Notes: generated by a model from the sequence alone, not told the origin. Positions 1 through 10,869 are shown, counted from the first letter of the stretch. The stretch: 32,110 bases of DNA from Barthelona sp. PAP020 (GCA_040182905.1 JARQWU010000103.1:1-32110), one strand, 5' to 3'. Translations and numbers: made by a program.

Positions 1-1
1 A

Positions 2-154
2 AGACCTGGAAATAGAACAATGACACCCCAAAATCAACTTTCGGAATCAACAAAGAAAATTGTCAATTATCCTCGTGAATATAAAAAGAAACTTCAACAA
101 CAAGCAAGAACAGAAGATATTAGCCTTGTTGCTGACCTCCCAATGTACAATTAA
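2..154 (+). CDS. 3' end of a gene entering from the left edge (hypothetical protein)
   Basis: Frame 2 is open from base 2 to TAA at 152-154 (RPGNRTMTPQNQLSESTKKIVNYPREYKKKLQQQARTEDISLVADLPMYN*) and is followed by T-rich UTR-like sequence. Confidence 0.6.
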   Translation, partial: RPGNRTMTPQNQLSESTKKIVNYPREYKKKLQQQARTEDISLVADLPMYN

Positions 155-555
155 TGTAAACATAAGATTTGTTTTTGTTTTTTGATTTTCAATTTCTTCG
201 TTCTTCATCGGTCTAATTGAGGAACAGCTCTGTTTGTTTGGTGAAAAAAGCTAGCAATCAAAATGTTCCTTTTATCAATTTCAAAAATTGAAAATAAGTG
301 GCCAACATTCAGTTTTGTCCACCACTTGGCAAGTGTTTGCAAAAAATTTTCAAATGAATTTTTTTCAACTTCCAAATGGTTAATTTGTCTTCAAATTTGA
401 CAGAAAAATTGACATCACTCCTCCTATTTTAACATTTGGCATATTGGCCAGAAAATTGATAAAACAAAAAAAAGCAGAATATTTTAAAATTTTGATGGCT
501 GATGAAAGACAAATTATGTTAAACCTGACAAAGTTAAAAAAAGACGCCTCATTTA

Positions 556-590
556 TTTATTGTTTATTGTTTATTGTTTATTGTTTATTG
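556..590 (-). repeat. (CAATAAA)5 heptamer tandem repeat overlapping the phosphatase stop codon
   Basis: Five exact TTTATTG units on + at 556-590. On the - strand the first unit supplies the last codon CAA and the stop TAA. Confidence 0.9.
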
Positions 591-2216
591 TTCTAGTATG
601 GGTTTTGAATTTAACAGCAAATTTTTCAATTTTTCTTGTTTTTCCAATGAAAAATTACAAAATTCCTTCAGATACAATCTGACACCACCAAACGTTTCCT
701 CAAAAATTTGAACAATTAGAAAACATACAGACGCACTGGTGTCCTTATCAATACCACAATACTCTTCAACAATATTATTAATGTTTATCTCACATAACAA
801 TTGAAGCAGTATCAATACTGTTGAAGTGCGATCTCTACCAGCAGCACAACCCAAAAATATGGCATGAATTTCTGGTAAAGAGTCACTTGCATCGTTTAAT
901 AGCAAATTTAGCAAAAGATCAAACAACAGTCCAATGCTATCTGCTCGAATGAAGATGATAAGCAATAAAAGCTCAAGATCTTTTATTTCTTTGCTGCTGA
1001 ATTTGTTTTGAACCGCATGGTTTAGAATTTTTTGAATGTTTTGCACATTTTTATCATTAATTTGGGCATTAGAAAAGTCAGTAGAGATTGGCTGATGAAA
1101 ATATTCAATTTCCAGTGATTGAAGGAAGTCAATTAAGTTGTTTTGATGTTCAATACTGGTGGAAACAATTGGGTCCAATCCAAAATGCCTTAAATCAATG
1201 ACATATTTGATGTGATGGAGAAAATAAAACTCCTTTATTTCTGAGATTTCTTTTTCAGTTAGTCTGTTAATGAGAGGTTGATTTCCTCTGACAATTGCAT
1301 CAAGTAGTGATTCTTTCCAACTTAGAAATAGATCAATACTGGACATTTCTGTGAGTAAAGGTTTCAAAATGGATGGCAATATAACAGGACTTTTGTGAAT
1401 TAATTCCCTCTTCTTACCAATAACAATAGCCTTTGAAACTAATGTGACAAACAGATCTACAAGCAATTTCTTATGAAAATGCGTTAAATTAAAAGTTTCG
1501 ATGGAAGGAAAGGTTTGTAAGATCTCATGTACTATTTTTTGTCCATAGTTCGACTCAAAAATTCGAGAGCTCAAATGTCTCCCATAAATGTTCAATTTTT
1601 TGGGAAAATATTGAATTGATGAATCAACTATAAAAACCAATAGTTTCATCATTAGAAGAAACAGTTTATTCCACAGATTCAAAAAAGTCAAAAAGTCACC
1701 CTTTATTTGGGATTCAGAATACAACGAGAAGGTGATCAAAAACTCAGCAACAATGTTATTTAAGATTTCCAAGTTCAATTTCTGAGTTTCTAATTTCTGG
1801 TCATCAACTGACGCTGTGATTCGTTTAGTAGTGGCTGAAGTGGGGTTAGTTGCTTTAAATTTGTCAAAAAGTATGTAATTATGAGGATTTATAAAAAATT
1901 TAGGTTCATAACTGTCAATGATTGAAAAGAAATATTCTTCATCAACAAACTGCAAATGAACTATGGTTTTCATGTCATTATTGTAACAAATTGACTGATT
2001 ATCATTGGTGAATATATAGTTGAAAAGATTAATATCTTTTAAAATTGATAGAATATTTGTATGAACAGAAATACATAATTTTCTTTCACTAATAATAAAT
2101 AAATGATGTTTTGAGTACATTTTCAATGGTTTTTTTATTGTTTCTTTGGAAAGAATTGGTTTTAAACAAATTATCTTAACCACATTGGAACATTTTATCA
2201 AATGTTCAATTATCAT
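585..2216 (-). CDS. Tyrosine/dual-specificity phosphatase, Y_phosphatase3 (IphP/MptpB-like) domain at the C-terminus, long unknown N-terminal region
   Basis: P-loop IFLG-CAAGRDRT (CX5R), upstream IKYVIDLR, then LLQLL..NNIVEEY and FGGVRLYL..FSLEKQEKLKNLLL, matching the family pattern. Start uncertain; ATG at 2216 chosen over the TTG at 2288. Confidence 0.7.
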   Translation of the reverse strand: MIIEHLIKCSNVVKIICLKPILSKETIKKPLKMYSKHHLFIISERKLCISVHTNILSILKDINLFNYIFTNDNQSICYNNDMKTIVHLQFVDEEYFFSIIDSYEPKFFINPHNYILFDKFKATNPTSATTKRITASVDDQKLETQKLNLEILNNIVAEFLITFSLYSESQIKGDFLTFLNLWNKLFLLMMKLLVFIVDSSIQYFPKKLNIYGRHLSSRIFESNYGQKIVHEILQTFPSIETFNLTHFHKKLLVDLFVTLVSKAIVIGKKRELIHKSPVILPSILKPLLTEMSSIDLFLSWKESLLDAIVRGNQPLINRLTEKEISEIKEFYFLHHIKYVIDLRHFGLDPIVSTSIEHQNNLIDFLQSLEIEYFHQPISTDFSNAQINDKNVQNIQKILNHAVQNKFSSKEIKDLELLLLIIFIRADSIGLLFDLLLNLLLNDASDSLPEIHAIFLGCAAGRDRTSTVLILLQLLCEININNIVEEYCGIDKDTSASVCFLIVQIFEETFGGVRLYLKEFCNFSLEKQEKLKNLLLNSKPILEQ

Positions 2217-2501
2217 TTCATAAGAGCATCTATTATTTAGCATAATAAAATTAACAATGTTATAAACAATGACTTTTACTTTTAACAAAAGCTGGTAGAA
2301 AAAAAATATTTCCCCATTAATAATTCCAAATCATTTCCAGCACATATCATTCATTAATTAAATACGTTTAGACACACTTTCAAACAGTTAAATACATACA
2401 TAACTTGCAAAATAAAAAAATTATACTTATTTACAACCAATAATATTAAATAAACAACAGACTAAAAGAAAATTATACACAATTAAACAAACTTAACAAA
2501 A

Positions 2502-2756
2502 TCATTCAAATAAAGTGTCAAAAGTCAGTAAAACTCCATCATCATCTTGACTTTTCGAAAATGTGTTTGTTTGTTCTTGAATGGGTGAGGAAGATCCATT
2601 TGTGTAAGGGGTTGATGCTAAACTGTTATTTTCATTTGAATGAATGTTGTCGGGTAAAGAAAAGAAAGTATCAATTTTTTCTCTCTGTCTAATGAATTGT
2701 ACTAAAGAATAACATGGTTGAGTTGATTCAAAGCTTAAAGAAGAATTTCCTTTCAT
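2502..2756 (-). CDS. Possible small hypothetical protein (84 aa)
   Basis: ATG at 2756 (MKGNSSLSF...LLTFDTLFE*) with protein-like composition; no recognisable motif. Confidence 0.35.
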   Translation of the reverse strand: MKGNSSLSFESTQPCYSLVQFIRQREKIDTFFSLPDNIHSNENNSLASTPYTNGSSSPIQEQTNTFSKSQDDDGVLLTFDTLFE

Positions 2757-2901
2757 TCTGGAAAGTAGAAAAAAAAGATAAAAAAACCGCCTTCTATTTT
2801 TAGAAAGGAAATTCTTGGTCATTCTTGCTTTTACAATTTTGTAAAAACTGATGACACAGTTGTAATGATAAGGTGAAACAATAAAAAAGCAAAATGAAAG
2901 T

Positions 2902-3468
2902 TTATAATTCATCGTGTTCATCATCATCAAAATCAAAAAAATCAGGAAGTGTAACTTTCGAAGGCTCATCGCATAAATGAGTCAAATGAATACAAACAAT
3001 ATCATCCAAATCATCGAAATCAACACCTTTATAGATTAATTCTGATATTTCATCTTCATATGTTCCAGCAATTTTTTCACAAGTAGACTTTAATATTTGA
3101 ACGTTTTCCTGACTGAGAGAAAATCCACCGCTGATTGTGCCACCACCACCAATTTTTTGAAATACTTTTTTTCCAGTAACTTCATCAGTAGACACTCCAT
3201 AACTATTCAAGTCATCACAAAGTTCATCCATCACTTCACCAACTTTTTCATGACTGCGGGCAAGGGGAACTTTTTTTTGTATTCTATTTCCATTGCTATC
3301 AATTCTCCAACCAATAGTAATGTATTTTGTTGGATCAACGGATTTGAGTTCAGTTATCATATTTTCTGTAATTTTTCTACAAGCTGCACATTTAATTTCT
3401 GGATCAACAAAAGAATATGCTAAACTTAGGAAAAACGAAACAGTGAAAATAGTTAATAAATATTTCAT
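2902..3468 (-). CDS. Canopy/CNPY-like saposin-B ER protein (DUF3456), 188 aa
   Basis: Signal peptide MKYLLTIFTVSFFLSLAYS, CAAC, GWRIDSNG, LARSHE..MDELC, saposin-type Cys spacing, C-terminal HDEL. The real start is likely ATG 3468. Confidence 0.85.
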   Translation of the reverse strand: MKYLLTIFTVSFFLSLAYSFVDPEIKCAACRKITENMITELKSVDPTKYITIGWRIDSNGNRIQKKVPLARSHEKVGEVMDELCDDLNSYGVSTDEVTGKKVFQKIGGGGTISGGFSLSQENVQILKSTCEKIAGTYEDEISELIYKGVDFDDLDDIVCIHLTHLCDEPSKVTLPDFFDFDDDEHDEL

Positions 3469-3630
3469 GATTACAAATGTTAAAAAAGAAAAAATGGGAG
3501 ATTTTTCATTTTCATACTTGTAACAAATATTTTTTATTGAATAAATATTCAAATAATACACAATTGTAATAATGTACATTATTGTTTTGTGGTAAATTAA
3601 CATTTTAACAATTTTTTTTTCGATTTTCAC

Positions 3631-6600
3631 ATGATTTTATATCGATTGATCATATTTATACAAATATTAAGTATCATCTATGGTTTTAAAATATCTACTT
3701 GTTCATCTGGATATTATTTTGACATAGGATCCTTTCAATGTGTGTCATGTGGTACCGGACAGAATTCAACTACTGATGGTTTTGGATGTAAGTGTTCTTC
3801 TGGATATTCTACTCTTTATGTTGAGGGTGGTACGACACCTTCAACAAAAATTTCTTGTACAGATTGTTATTCAAACAGTAAAGCTCCAACATCAGACGGA
3901 TTAAATTGTTTGCCTTGTGATTCTTCTACTTCTACATTATCGAGTGATTTGAAGCTTTGCATTTGCTCAGACGTTTCGAAACATATTGTTTCATATGATT
4001 CTACTGGTAGTTTATTAAGTTCACAACAATGCGTTACATGTCCCAGTGGATCATATCAAAATTCTGCTAATCCCTTTCAATGCATCAAATGTGATTCAAC
4101 TTCTGGGCTCGTTTATGATTCAAATGTTGGAACTTGTGTATGTGCAAGTGGTACACAGTCTGTGGCCTTGCCAACTTCATTGTATAATTTGAAGAGTGTA
4201 TTGGAAGGAGATCCTGCATTTGTTGATTCTTTTTACATGGGATTTGTGTGTTTATCTACCACCAGCATGTCTTCTATTGCTTCTAAACATCCTTCATTTT
4301 CCACTGTTGACTTTCGTAATGTGTATGATATTCAAAAGAGTGCCGAACGAACGTTACCTCTTTCATCTTTTCTTTTAACGAAAGTTTTTTCCATGTCTAG
4401 TGTTCAATGCAGCGGTGGTGATGCGGAAGCATGTCAGTTGTTGGGTAACTTATGTGCTTTACATTATTTTTCATTGGATTCTGCACCTTGTAAAGAATAT
4501 ATGACTTTATATTCCACATATGCTACTATCACTAACGGATTTTCAGATTGGCCTTCACTTTTGCCTTATTTATATCATACTAACGTGGCTGGTACAATTT
4601 ATTCAACTGATATTACGTCATCGTTTTTGTTTCAATTACCTGAGGATTCCAGCAGTGATTTATTGGACAAATTAAGGATTATTTTAGCAAAATATGCGCT
4701 AAATGGAACCTTTTTGGGGTATGAAAGATTATCAACTCAATTTCAGTTATGTGGAGAGGGTTCTTTACAAGAAAAAACCGCATGGCTTAACTTTGGAACA
4801 TCTTTTCATCAGAAATGCACTATTGATATTGCTACCTTGTCTCAGAAGGCCACTGTCTTTTATGATGTTTTTTTTGTTGACAAAATCAACTCTTCCCCTT
4901 ATAGTTTGACTTTACAACCCGTTCCAATTCAAATTTACAATTCTAAGGATGCAAGCGGAGGATATCCCAATACGAATACAAACGAGTTGGATAATATTTT
5001 GGTTCATAGGTTTTGGTTAGTCGACGGAATATTGGGAACTACAAATTCATTCAATAACAACCCTACTGTGTGTAGATATGCAAAGTCTTTAAAGATAAAA
5101 ACACAAATACAAAAAGACACTACTTCTAGAATATATCCACCATTGATTTCTGTTGAATATGGGGAAATATTGTGTACTGATTTGTTTACTACCACTAACG
5201 TTGCTGATGAATTGGCTACACTTGTAAGTGATGCAGAGAGCAGTTATTCACCAGATGTTACTTTTGATGTCAGTTATGTCACTGATTTGACCAGTTTATG
5301 GTCGTTTGTGAATATTGTCTTTTGGGTTTTATCCGTCTTAGCAATTGTGTTTGTTATACTGAAAGTTTATTTTTTTAATCGTCAATATGATGCAAAGTTT
5401 GTCTTTAATCTTGCAAATGAAAAAAGTTCTTCAGGTGCCACCAGTTTTTCCTCTATTTTGTTGCATAAAACACTAAATGAGGTTTTACATGTATTCAGCA
5501 CACTATTCTTCGGGTTTTCAGTTGCTATTTCATTATATTTCTTTGTTTTTTTTAAATTGCAAGATACTGTGTATTTATTGTTACCATTTGATGATGACAT
5601 GTCATTTTTCACAACACTATCGTATCTCTGTTTGATCTTTATTGTTTTAGCAAAGATACACGATTTTTATATCTTTGGACAAATGCGTGTATTGTTTGTT
5701 GATTATGATTTGGAAGTAAATGACCTTCAATTGGAAAACACAACAAAGGGAGGTAAAGATGCTGAAGAAGAAGAGGAAGAAGAGAACGATACTGTTATTC
5801 ATGGTGAAAAAGGTAGAAACGAACAAAATAATATTGGTGGGAACGTTTGGAGAAAATTAACAATGTGTGATCAATGGGTTTCTTTGCAAGGAATGAGAGA
5901 ATATCCTATTTTTATGGTTATATTAATTGTTTCATATATTTTGAAAAACAGTATTGGTTTTTCTTACCCTACACCAAAAACCACTGCAGCAAATTCATTA
6001 TTATCTGCTGAATCCTCACATCCAATTCTTTTATTCTTTTTAGTTTTTGTTATTTTCCTTTTTATTGTTATTTTGGCCGTTTTATTTAATGGTTTGATCA
6101 AAAAGAAATTCATTTTCGATGAATTTGGTTACTTTTTAGATAGCTCTTGTTTGACTTCCATGTCATTATTCATTTTTTCAAATCACAAGGGAATTCGTTA
6201 TTTACATGGGCGGAACCCCGCTGGAAAGGCAGATATTAATATTTTTGAATTGTTGAACAATTTGCGATTGGAAAGTAATGATTTAATCACCCAGCGAAAT
6301 ATGAAGTTTATAAATCAATCTTTGGAAACTTCACCAGGCCAATTTTTTGAAATTTTTTTGCCAATTGACATTGAAAAGAAAATTATTAACAGTCATTTAG
6401 AGAAAATCGTCCGATTGAACAATGAAATTTCAATTCAAAAGATGGAAAAATTGGAGATGCTTGAAAAAAAATTGAAGAACATTTTAACTTCGTTGATTGA
6501 TGATGTAAGCAGTGGGCAAAAAGGCACTTTTGTCCCTTCTTTAACGTTTGTTGAAAGAATGTTTGGTTATGTTCCTGAGTTAGGGTTCATGTCAGGGAAT

Positions 6601-6870
6601 ATTCAAGAAGAACACAAAAACAGATCGATAATTTTTGTTCAAAGACAAAATGATGAGCTAAAGAGCTTTTTACCCGGTTCTGATTTGGTTGGAAATTTCA
6701 TTTTTGAGGTGAGTATCTTTTTCATTACGTTTACTTTGTGGGATAATATCATTCTCTCAGCTTTTATTACTTTAGTACTGGTCCTATTTAGTTCAATCTT
6801 ACATAGGATGATTGCCAAAAGAATAGTTGCACATAATTCATTCATAAATCATGATTATTTGAGAAATTAA
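3631..6870 (+). CDS. TMEM67: Meckelin (ciliary transition-zone protein)
   Basis: Signal peptide, Cys-rich N-terminus, ACQLLGNLCAL, YALNGTFLG, HRFWLVD, RIYPPLISVEY, VWRKL..DQWVSLQ, YLHGRNPAGKAD, multiple TM helices; 1079 aa. Confidence 0.93.
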   Translation: MILYRLIIFIQILSIIYGFKISTCSSGYYFDIGSFQCVSCGTGQNSTTDGFGCKCSSGYSTLYVEGGTTPSTKISCTDCYSNSKAPTSDGLNCLPCDSSTSTLSSDLKLCICSDVSKHIVSYDSTGSLLSSQQCVTCPSGSYQNSANPFQCIKCDSTSGLVYDSNVGTCVCASGTQSVALPTSLYNLKSVLEGDPAFVDSFYMGFVCLSTTSMSSIASKHPSFSTVDFRNVYDIQKSAERTLPLSSFLLTKVFSMSSVQCSGGDAEACQLLGNLCALHYFSLDSAPCKEYMTLYSTYATITNGFSDWPSLLPYLYHTNVAGTIYSTDITSSFLFQLPEDSSSDLLDKLRIILAKYALNGTFLGYERLSTQFQLCGEGSLQEKTAWLNFGTSFHQKCTIDIATLSQKATVFYDVFFVDKINSSPYSLTLQPVPIQIYNSKDASGGYPNTNTNELDNILVHRFWLVDGILGTTNSFNNNPTVCRYAKSLKIKTQIQKDTTSRIYPPLISVEYGEILCTDLFTTTNVADELATLVSDAESSYSPDVTFDVSYVTDLTSLWSFVNIVFWVLSVLAIVFVILKVYFFNRQYDAKFVFNLANEKSSSGATSFSSILLHKTLNEVLHVFSTLFFGFSVAISLYFFVFFKLQDTVYLLLPFDDDMSFFTTLSYLCLIFIVLAKIHDFYIFGQMRVLFVDYDLEVNDLQLENTTKGGKDAEEEEEEENDTVIHGEKGRNEQNNIGGNVWRKLTMCDQWVSLQGMREYPIFMVILIVSYILKNSIGFSYPTPKTTAANSLLSAESSHPILLFFLVFVIFLFIVILAVLFNGLIKKKFIFDEFGYFLDSSCLTSMSLFIFSNHKGIRYLHGRNPAGKADINIFELLNNLRLESNDLITQRNMKFINQSLETSPGQFFEIFLPIDIEKKIINSHLEKIVRLNNEISIQKMEKLEMLEKKLKNILTSLIDDVSSGQKGTFVPSLTFVERMFGYVPELGFMSGNIQEEHKNRSIIFVQRQNDELKSFLPGSDLVGNFIFEVSIFFITFTLWDNIILSAFITLVLVLFSSILHRMIAKRIVAHNSFINHDYLRN

Positions 6871-7080
6871 ACAACTAAACGTGTACAAACAAAGAATTTA
6901 AAAGGAAAGAGTGCTTAACCCCTGCAACCAGGATAATTGTATGTAAAAACCTGTTTTTTTTATTTGTTTTCTCCTTCATCAATACTTTAGAATTCTGTTC
7001 AGTTGCCACACCACCCAAAATGCGAATATTTGATAAAACAAAAAATTTCATTCATTTTAATTTATTCTCAAAATTCAAAT

Positions 7081-8166
7081 TTAAAAATTGTACTTTGCCC
7101 CAAGATCCTCAACAGTTGTCGAAGGTTTTCTTCTGGTATTTTTTTTTCTGATTCTCACTGAATTTGTGGGTGTATCAATGATTGATGATGTTGCAATTGT
7201 GTTTGAGGTGGCAGAAGATACAGGTAAAATGTTACTTGGTTGAAACGTCATTTTTTGAGGTTCAGTATGTGTGTTGACAGTTATTGGTCTGTTGATCAAT
7301 GGATTAACATTACTGAAGCTTGGCGTCTCAATAATAGCACTTGAAGTGAAAGGATTGGCAATATTTGAACTCAATGGATTCCCAGAAAAACTCAATGATT
7401 GAGCAGAAGGATTTTTTGTCATTAGGAGTGGGGGAGGTTGACTTAATGTCGCAGAATTGATTGAATTATTCATTTGTACTGGTTGTGAAGGTAATTGGAC
7501 ATGTTTTTCAGTAAAAAGAACATCATTTGGCTGTAACGTTGAAATTTGTACACTTGGATTTGCAGGAATAAGTGGCACTGGTTGATTTACAGAAACAACT
7601 TGATTTGGCTGTGTGAGATGTGCTGGTAGACTTACTGGAAAGGGTTGAATCGGTTGATCCACAGGAATGGTTTGGTTTGAGTCAGGAAGTGATTGATCAA
7701 TAGGATTAGCTTGATTTAACAGTGGAACTGGAACCACCATTTCATTGTTCGGAACAGAAACCTTCAATGAACTATCAATTGTCTCAATCTGTCCATTTGA
7801 AACAGTCATCTCAGAGATATCATTTTGTGTCTGGTCATTCTGTTTTGCCAATATTTTTGGTGTTTTAGACGCTGGAATGACAGGTAAAATTGTTTCTTTT
7901 TCTAAATTTGAATTGTCTTCTATCAAATTCGCATCAATAATATTTGTAGTCAATTCAGTTGAATTTTCACTTTGATCATTTGGAAAATCATTCTTTTCAT
8001 TAACATGAGGTTTTATATTATTTTTTCTTGGTTGTGGAGTCAATGTTTCGTCCAAAAATAATGAATCAGAATTTTTTTTTTTTTTTAATTCAATAATCTT
8101 TAGATCTTTAATGATTGGTGTGAATTCTTCTTCAACTTCTTTTAATTTTCGGAAATTTATTCCCAT
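7081..8166 (-). CDS. Hypothetical low-complexity P/S/N/Q-rich protein with a basic C-terminus
   Basis: Long ORF; likely start ATG 8166 (MGINFRKL) after a T-tract; probably disordered. Confidence 0.7.
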   Translation of the reverse strand: MGINFRKLKEVEEEFTPIIKDLKIIELKKKKNSDSLFLDETLTPQPRKNNIKPHVNEKNDFPNDQSENSTELTTNIIDANLIEDNSNLEKETILPVIPASKTPKILAKQNDQTQNDISEMTVSNGQIETIDSSLKVSVPNNEMVVPVPLLNQANPIDQSLPDSNQTIPVDQPIQPFPVSLPAHLTQPNQVVSVNQPVPLIPANPSVQISTLQPNDVLFTEKHVQLPSQPVQMNNSINSATLSQPPPLLMTKNPSAQSLSFSGNPLSSNIANPFTSSAIIETPSFSNVNPLINRPITVNTHTEPQKMTFQPSNILPVSSATSNTIATSSIIDTPTNSVRIRKKNTRRKPSTTVEDLGAKYNF

Positions 8167-8257
8167 AATATAAAAAAAAAATATGAAAAGCAATGTGCTT
8201 TTTTAATTTGTATTATCATTTGGGTTGTTATTTGAAAAAAATTAATTGGTATAACAA

Positions 8258-9472
8258 ATGGATGAAACAGTGCAAAAACGAATAACAGAAAGATTACAAC
8301 GATTGTCGGAAACTAGTCATTTTGATGATGAAAGTGTAAATTTTGTTGACACACATTCATTATCATATAATAAGAATTTAATTACTCCTAAATCTTTATT
8401 GGGATTGACTTCTTCATGTTCAAATGATGAAAATTTAGAAATTGATTCACCCATAAAAATGGAATCAAAATTAATGAACAATAACCCTACTGTAAGCCCT
8501 AGATTGCATTCGCGCTTATTTCACAAGTATACTGAATTAAAGAAGAAATATGAAGAGGATATGTGTAGTGTTTCTCTTTCATTTGAAACAGAGCTTGAAG
8601 AAAAAACAAAAATTATAAAAGAAAAGGAAAAAGAGATATGTAGATTACAAAATGTATGTTTGGTTAGTGAAACAAAGCTAAAAAATTTTATTCAAAAGAA
8701 TAATGTTGAGAAAAAAGGGTTATTGCGGAAAATTGATGAGTTAGAAAATGAATTATTGGAATTTCAAATGAAGACTAAATTATTCGGTTTTAGTAGTGAT
8801 AATGTTCACCCACTTACATATGATGCAAACTACGAGTCCATTAAAGAGATTAATTTTATTATTGACATGGAGAAAGATGAGGTTAATCGGAAGAATGTTG
8901 CCGATGTAATAATTGCAAAGAATAAATTGGAAATGTCAAGCACGGGTTCTGAGAATTCTGAAAAATTAAAAATACTATCGAAAAAAATTTTTGAATTGGA
9001 AAAAATTGCCAGTATTAACAATAAAACTGCTGTAGAATTGAGAAAGCTCAATGATAAATTGGAAGAAGAGAATAATTTTTTGAAAAAAAAGTTGCAATTT
9101 CTGAATGTTGAGAATATGAAAGAAGAAGAATTGAAAGGGTTGCAATCTTCTCATCAAAAGAGTTCAAATAGTCAAAGTAACACACATACCAATCACACGC
9201 AAACTGAAGAATCTTTTGATGATCAAAACAGCTTTGTTTATGTTGAAAAAGAACATCAACCAAAAAAAGAAAAAGATAATATAAATACCGCAATTATTGA
9301 GTTTGAAGCCGAAATTTTGAATTTGAATACTCAAATACAAGGTTATAAAAAAACAGAATTAAATTATCATTTGTTGAAGGATCAATACAAGTTATTGGAG
9401 AAAAAACATTTGGAGTTATTGAACAAAACACAGAAATACTTGATGCAAATTGGGGCTTTTTCAAACACATAA
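8258..9472 (+). CDS. Hypothetical coiled-coil protein
   Basis: 404-aa ORF with several E/K/L heptad segments. Confidence 0.75.
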   Translation: MDETVQKRITERLQRLSETSHFDDESVNFVDTHSLSYNKNLITPKSLLGLTSSCSNDENLEIDSPIKMESKLMNNNPTVSPRLHSRLFHKYTELKKKYEEDMCSVSLSFETELEEKTKIIKEKEKEICRLQNVCLVSETKLKNFIQKNNVEKKGLLRKIDELENELLEFQMKTKLFGFSSDNVHPLTYDANYESIKEINFIIDMEKDEVNRKNVADVIIAKNKLEMSSTGSENSEKLKILSKKIFELEKIASINNKTAVELRKLNDKLEEENNFLKKKLQFLNVENMKEEELKGLQSSHQKSSNSQSNTHTNHTQTEESFDDQNSFVYVEKEHQPKKEKDNINTAIIEFEAEILNLNTQIQGYKKTELNYHLLKDQYKLLEKKHLELLNKTQKYLMQIGAFSNT

Positions 9473-9778
9473 AAAAAATTTTTTTTTTTTGGAGTTTATT
9501 GTTGATATTTTGAAAGAATCGTTGATGCACAGATGCAAAAAATTAAAATATTCAAGTTTTTTACTCTATAATAAAAAGCAAAGAAAAATTTTGAAAAAAA
9601 TATTCTCATTGCAGACCTTGTTTCTTCGTCAAGAGAAATGTCATTTGATGTATGTTAGGTGCTAAAACTGACTGAAATCTCCAGATGAAATATGATTTCT
9701 TTCCTTTTCAATCGCATCAATTATTTGACTTTCTGTTGCTTTTCCCAAAATTTGCGTTTTTTTTGTTTTTTTTAAATC

Positions 9779-10654
9779 ATGCCTGAATTTGGTTCAGCAA
9801 ATTTTCCAACCACAGAAGATGGAAAAGTTTATCATCTTGGTATTAAAAAAGGTGATGTTAACAATCTTATTGTAACATGTGGTGATATTTCACGTGCTAA
9901 ATATTTATCCACTTTGCTTGATGAATCAACCAATCCCAATGATGAATTAAAATTAATTGAAATTCAATCTGAAAGGTTATTCTATTTTGTTAATGGTCAT
10001 TATAAGGGAGTTCCTATTACAATTGGTGCTTCTTTAATGGGTTATCCTAATATGGATTTCTTTATTCGTGAATTGAGAGCTGTTGTTGAAGGACCAATGG
10101 CTTTAATTCGTATTGGTACCACTGGTACTCCCAAAGAACATATTCCTTTAGGAAGTATTGTAGTTGCTGAATCTTGCCGTTTAATTCAAAGAAACTTTGA
10201 TCATTTTAGATTTGAGAAAAATGACCCTATGGCTCCCCCAGCTTATCATTTATCAGAAAAGGTATATGGAGATGAGGAATTGTCTGATGCTATTGAATCT
10301 GAATTAAAAAAAACTGATGTTCCTTATTTCAGAGGATGCAATGTATCAGCAGATACATTCTATGGTTCACAAGGAAGACAGACCCCTCATTTTAGAGATG
10401 ACAATGAAAATTTAGTTGATTGGATTGTTGAACAAGATGATGAAATTACTAATTTGGAAATGGAGACATTCCATTTGTATGACTTATGCAAGTTAGTTGA
10501 TTCTGAAAAGTTCGGCAAAATGTATGCTTCTTCAATGGCTATTGTTATTGCTCAAAGACGTTCTGATGAATTTATTATTGCTGAGAAGAAACATCAATTA
10601 GAAATTATGTGTGGAAAAATTGCTTTAGAAACATTGATTAAGAAGCAATTATAG
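9779..10654 (+). CDS. Uridine phosphorylase / PNP_UDP_1 family nucleoside phosphorylase
   Basis: VYHLGIKKGDV, TCGDISRA, MGYPNMD, IRIGTTG, SADTFYGSQGR, NLEMET. Confidence 0.92.
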   Translation: MPEFGSANFPTTEDGKVYHLGIKKGDVNNLIVTCGDISRAKYLSTLLDESTNPNDELKLIEIQSERLFYFVNGHYKGVPITIGASLMGYPNMDFFIRELRAVVEGPMALIRIGTTGTPKEHIPLGSIVVAESCRLIQRNFDHFRFEKNDPMAPPAYHLSEKVYGDEELSDAIESELKKTDVPYFRGCNVSADTFYGSQGRQTPHFRDDNENLVDWIVEQDDEITNLEMETFHLYDLCKLVDSEKFGKMYASSMAIVIAQRRSDEFIIAEKKHQLEIMCGKIALETLIKKQL

Positions 10655-10869
10655 AAAATTGACGATGCAACAAATTGAGAAATTATCGAAATTTTGTCTT
10701 ATAAATAATAAATGTAATTTTTATTTGGTGAAAGCTCAAAATTTGTTTATGTTGTTCATAATAAAATCATTTTATTGTCAATTTTAATTTAAAAACTGTT
10801 AGAAAATGAATGCATGAATATGTTTGGAAAAAGTAAAGATTGTAACAAAAACAATTTTTTTTTTTGACA

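Noticed and set aside
200..226. 8-bp hairpin GTTCTTCA/TGAGGAAC downstream of the first gene
   Set aside because: Isolated stem with no supporting motif; expected by chance.
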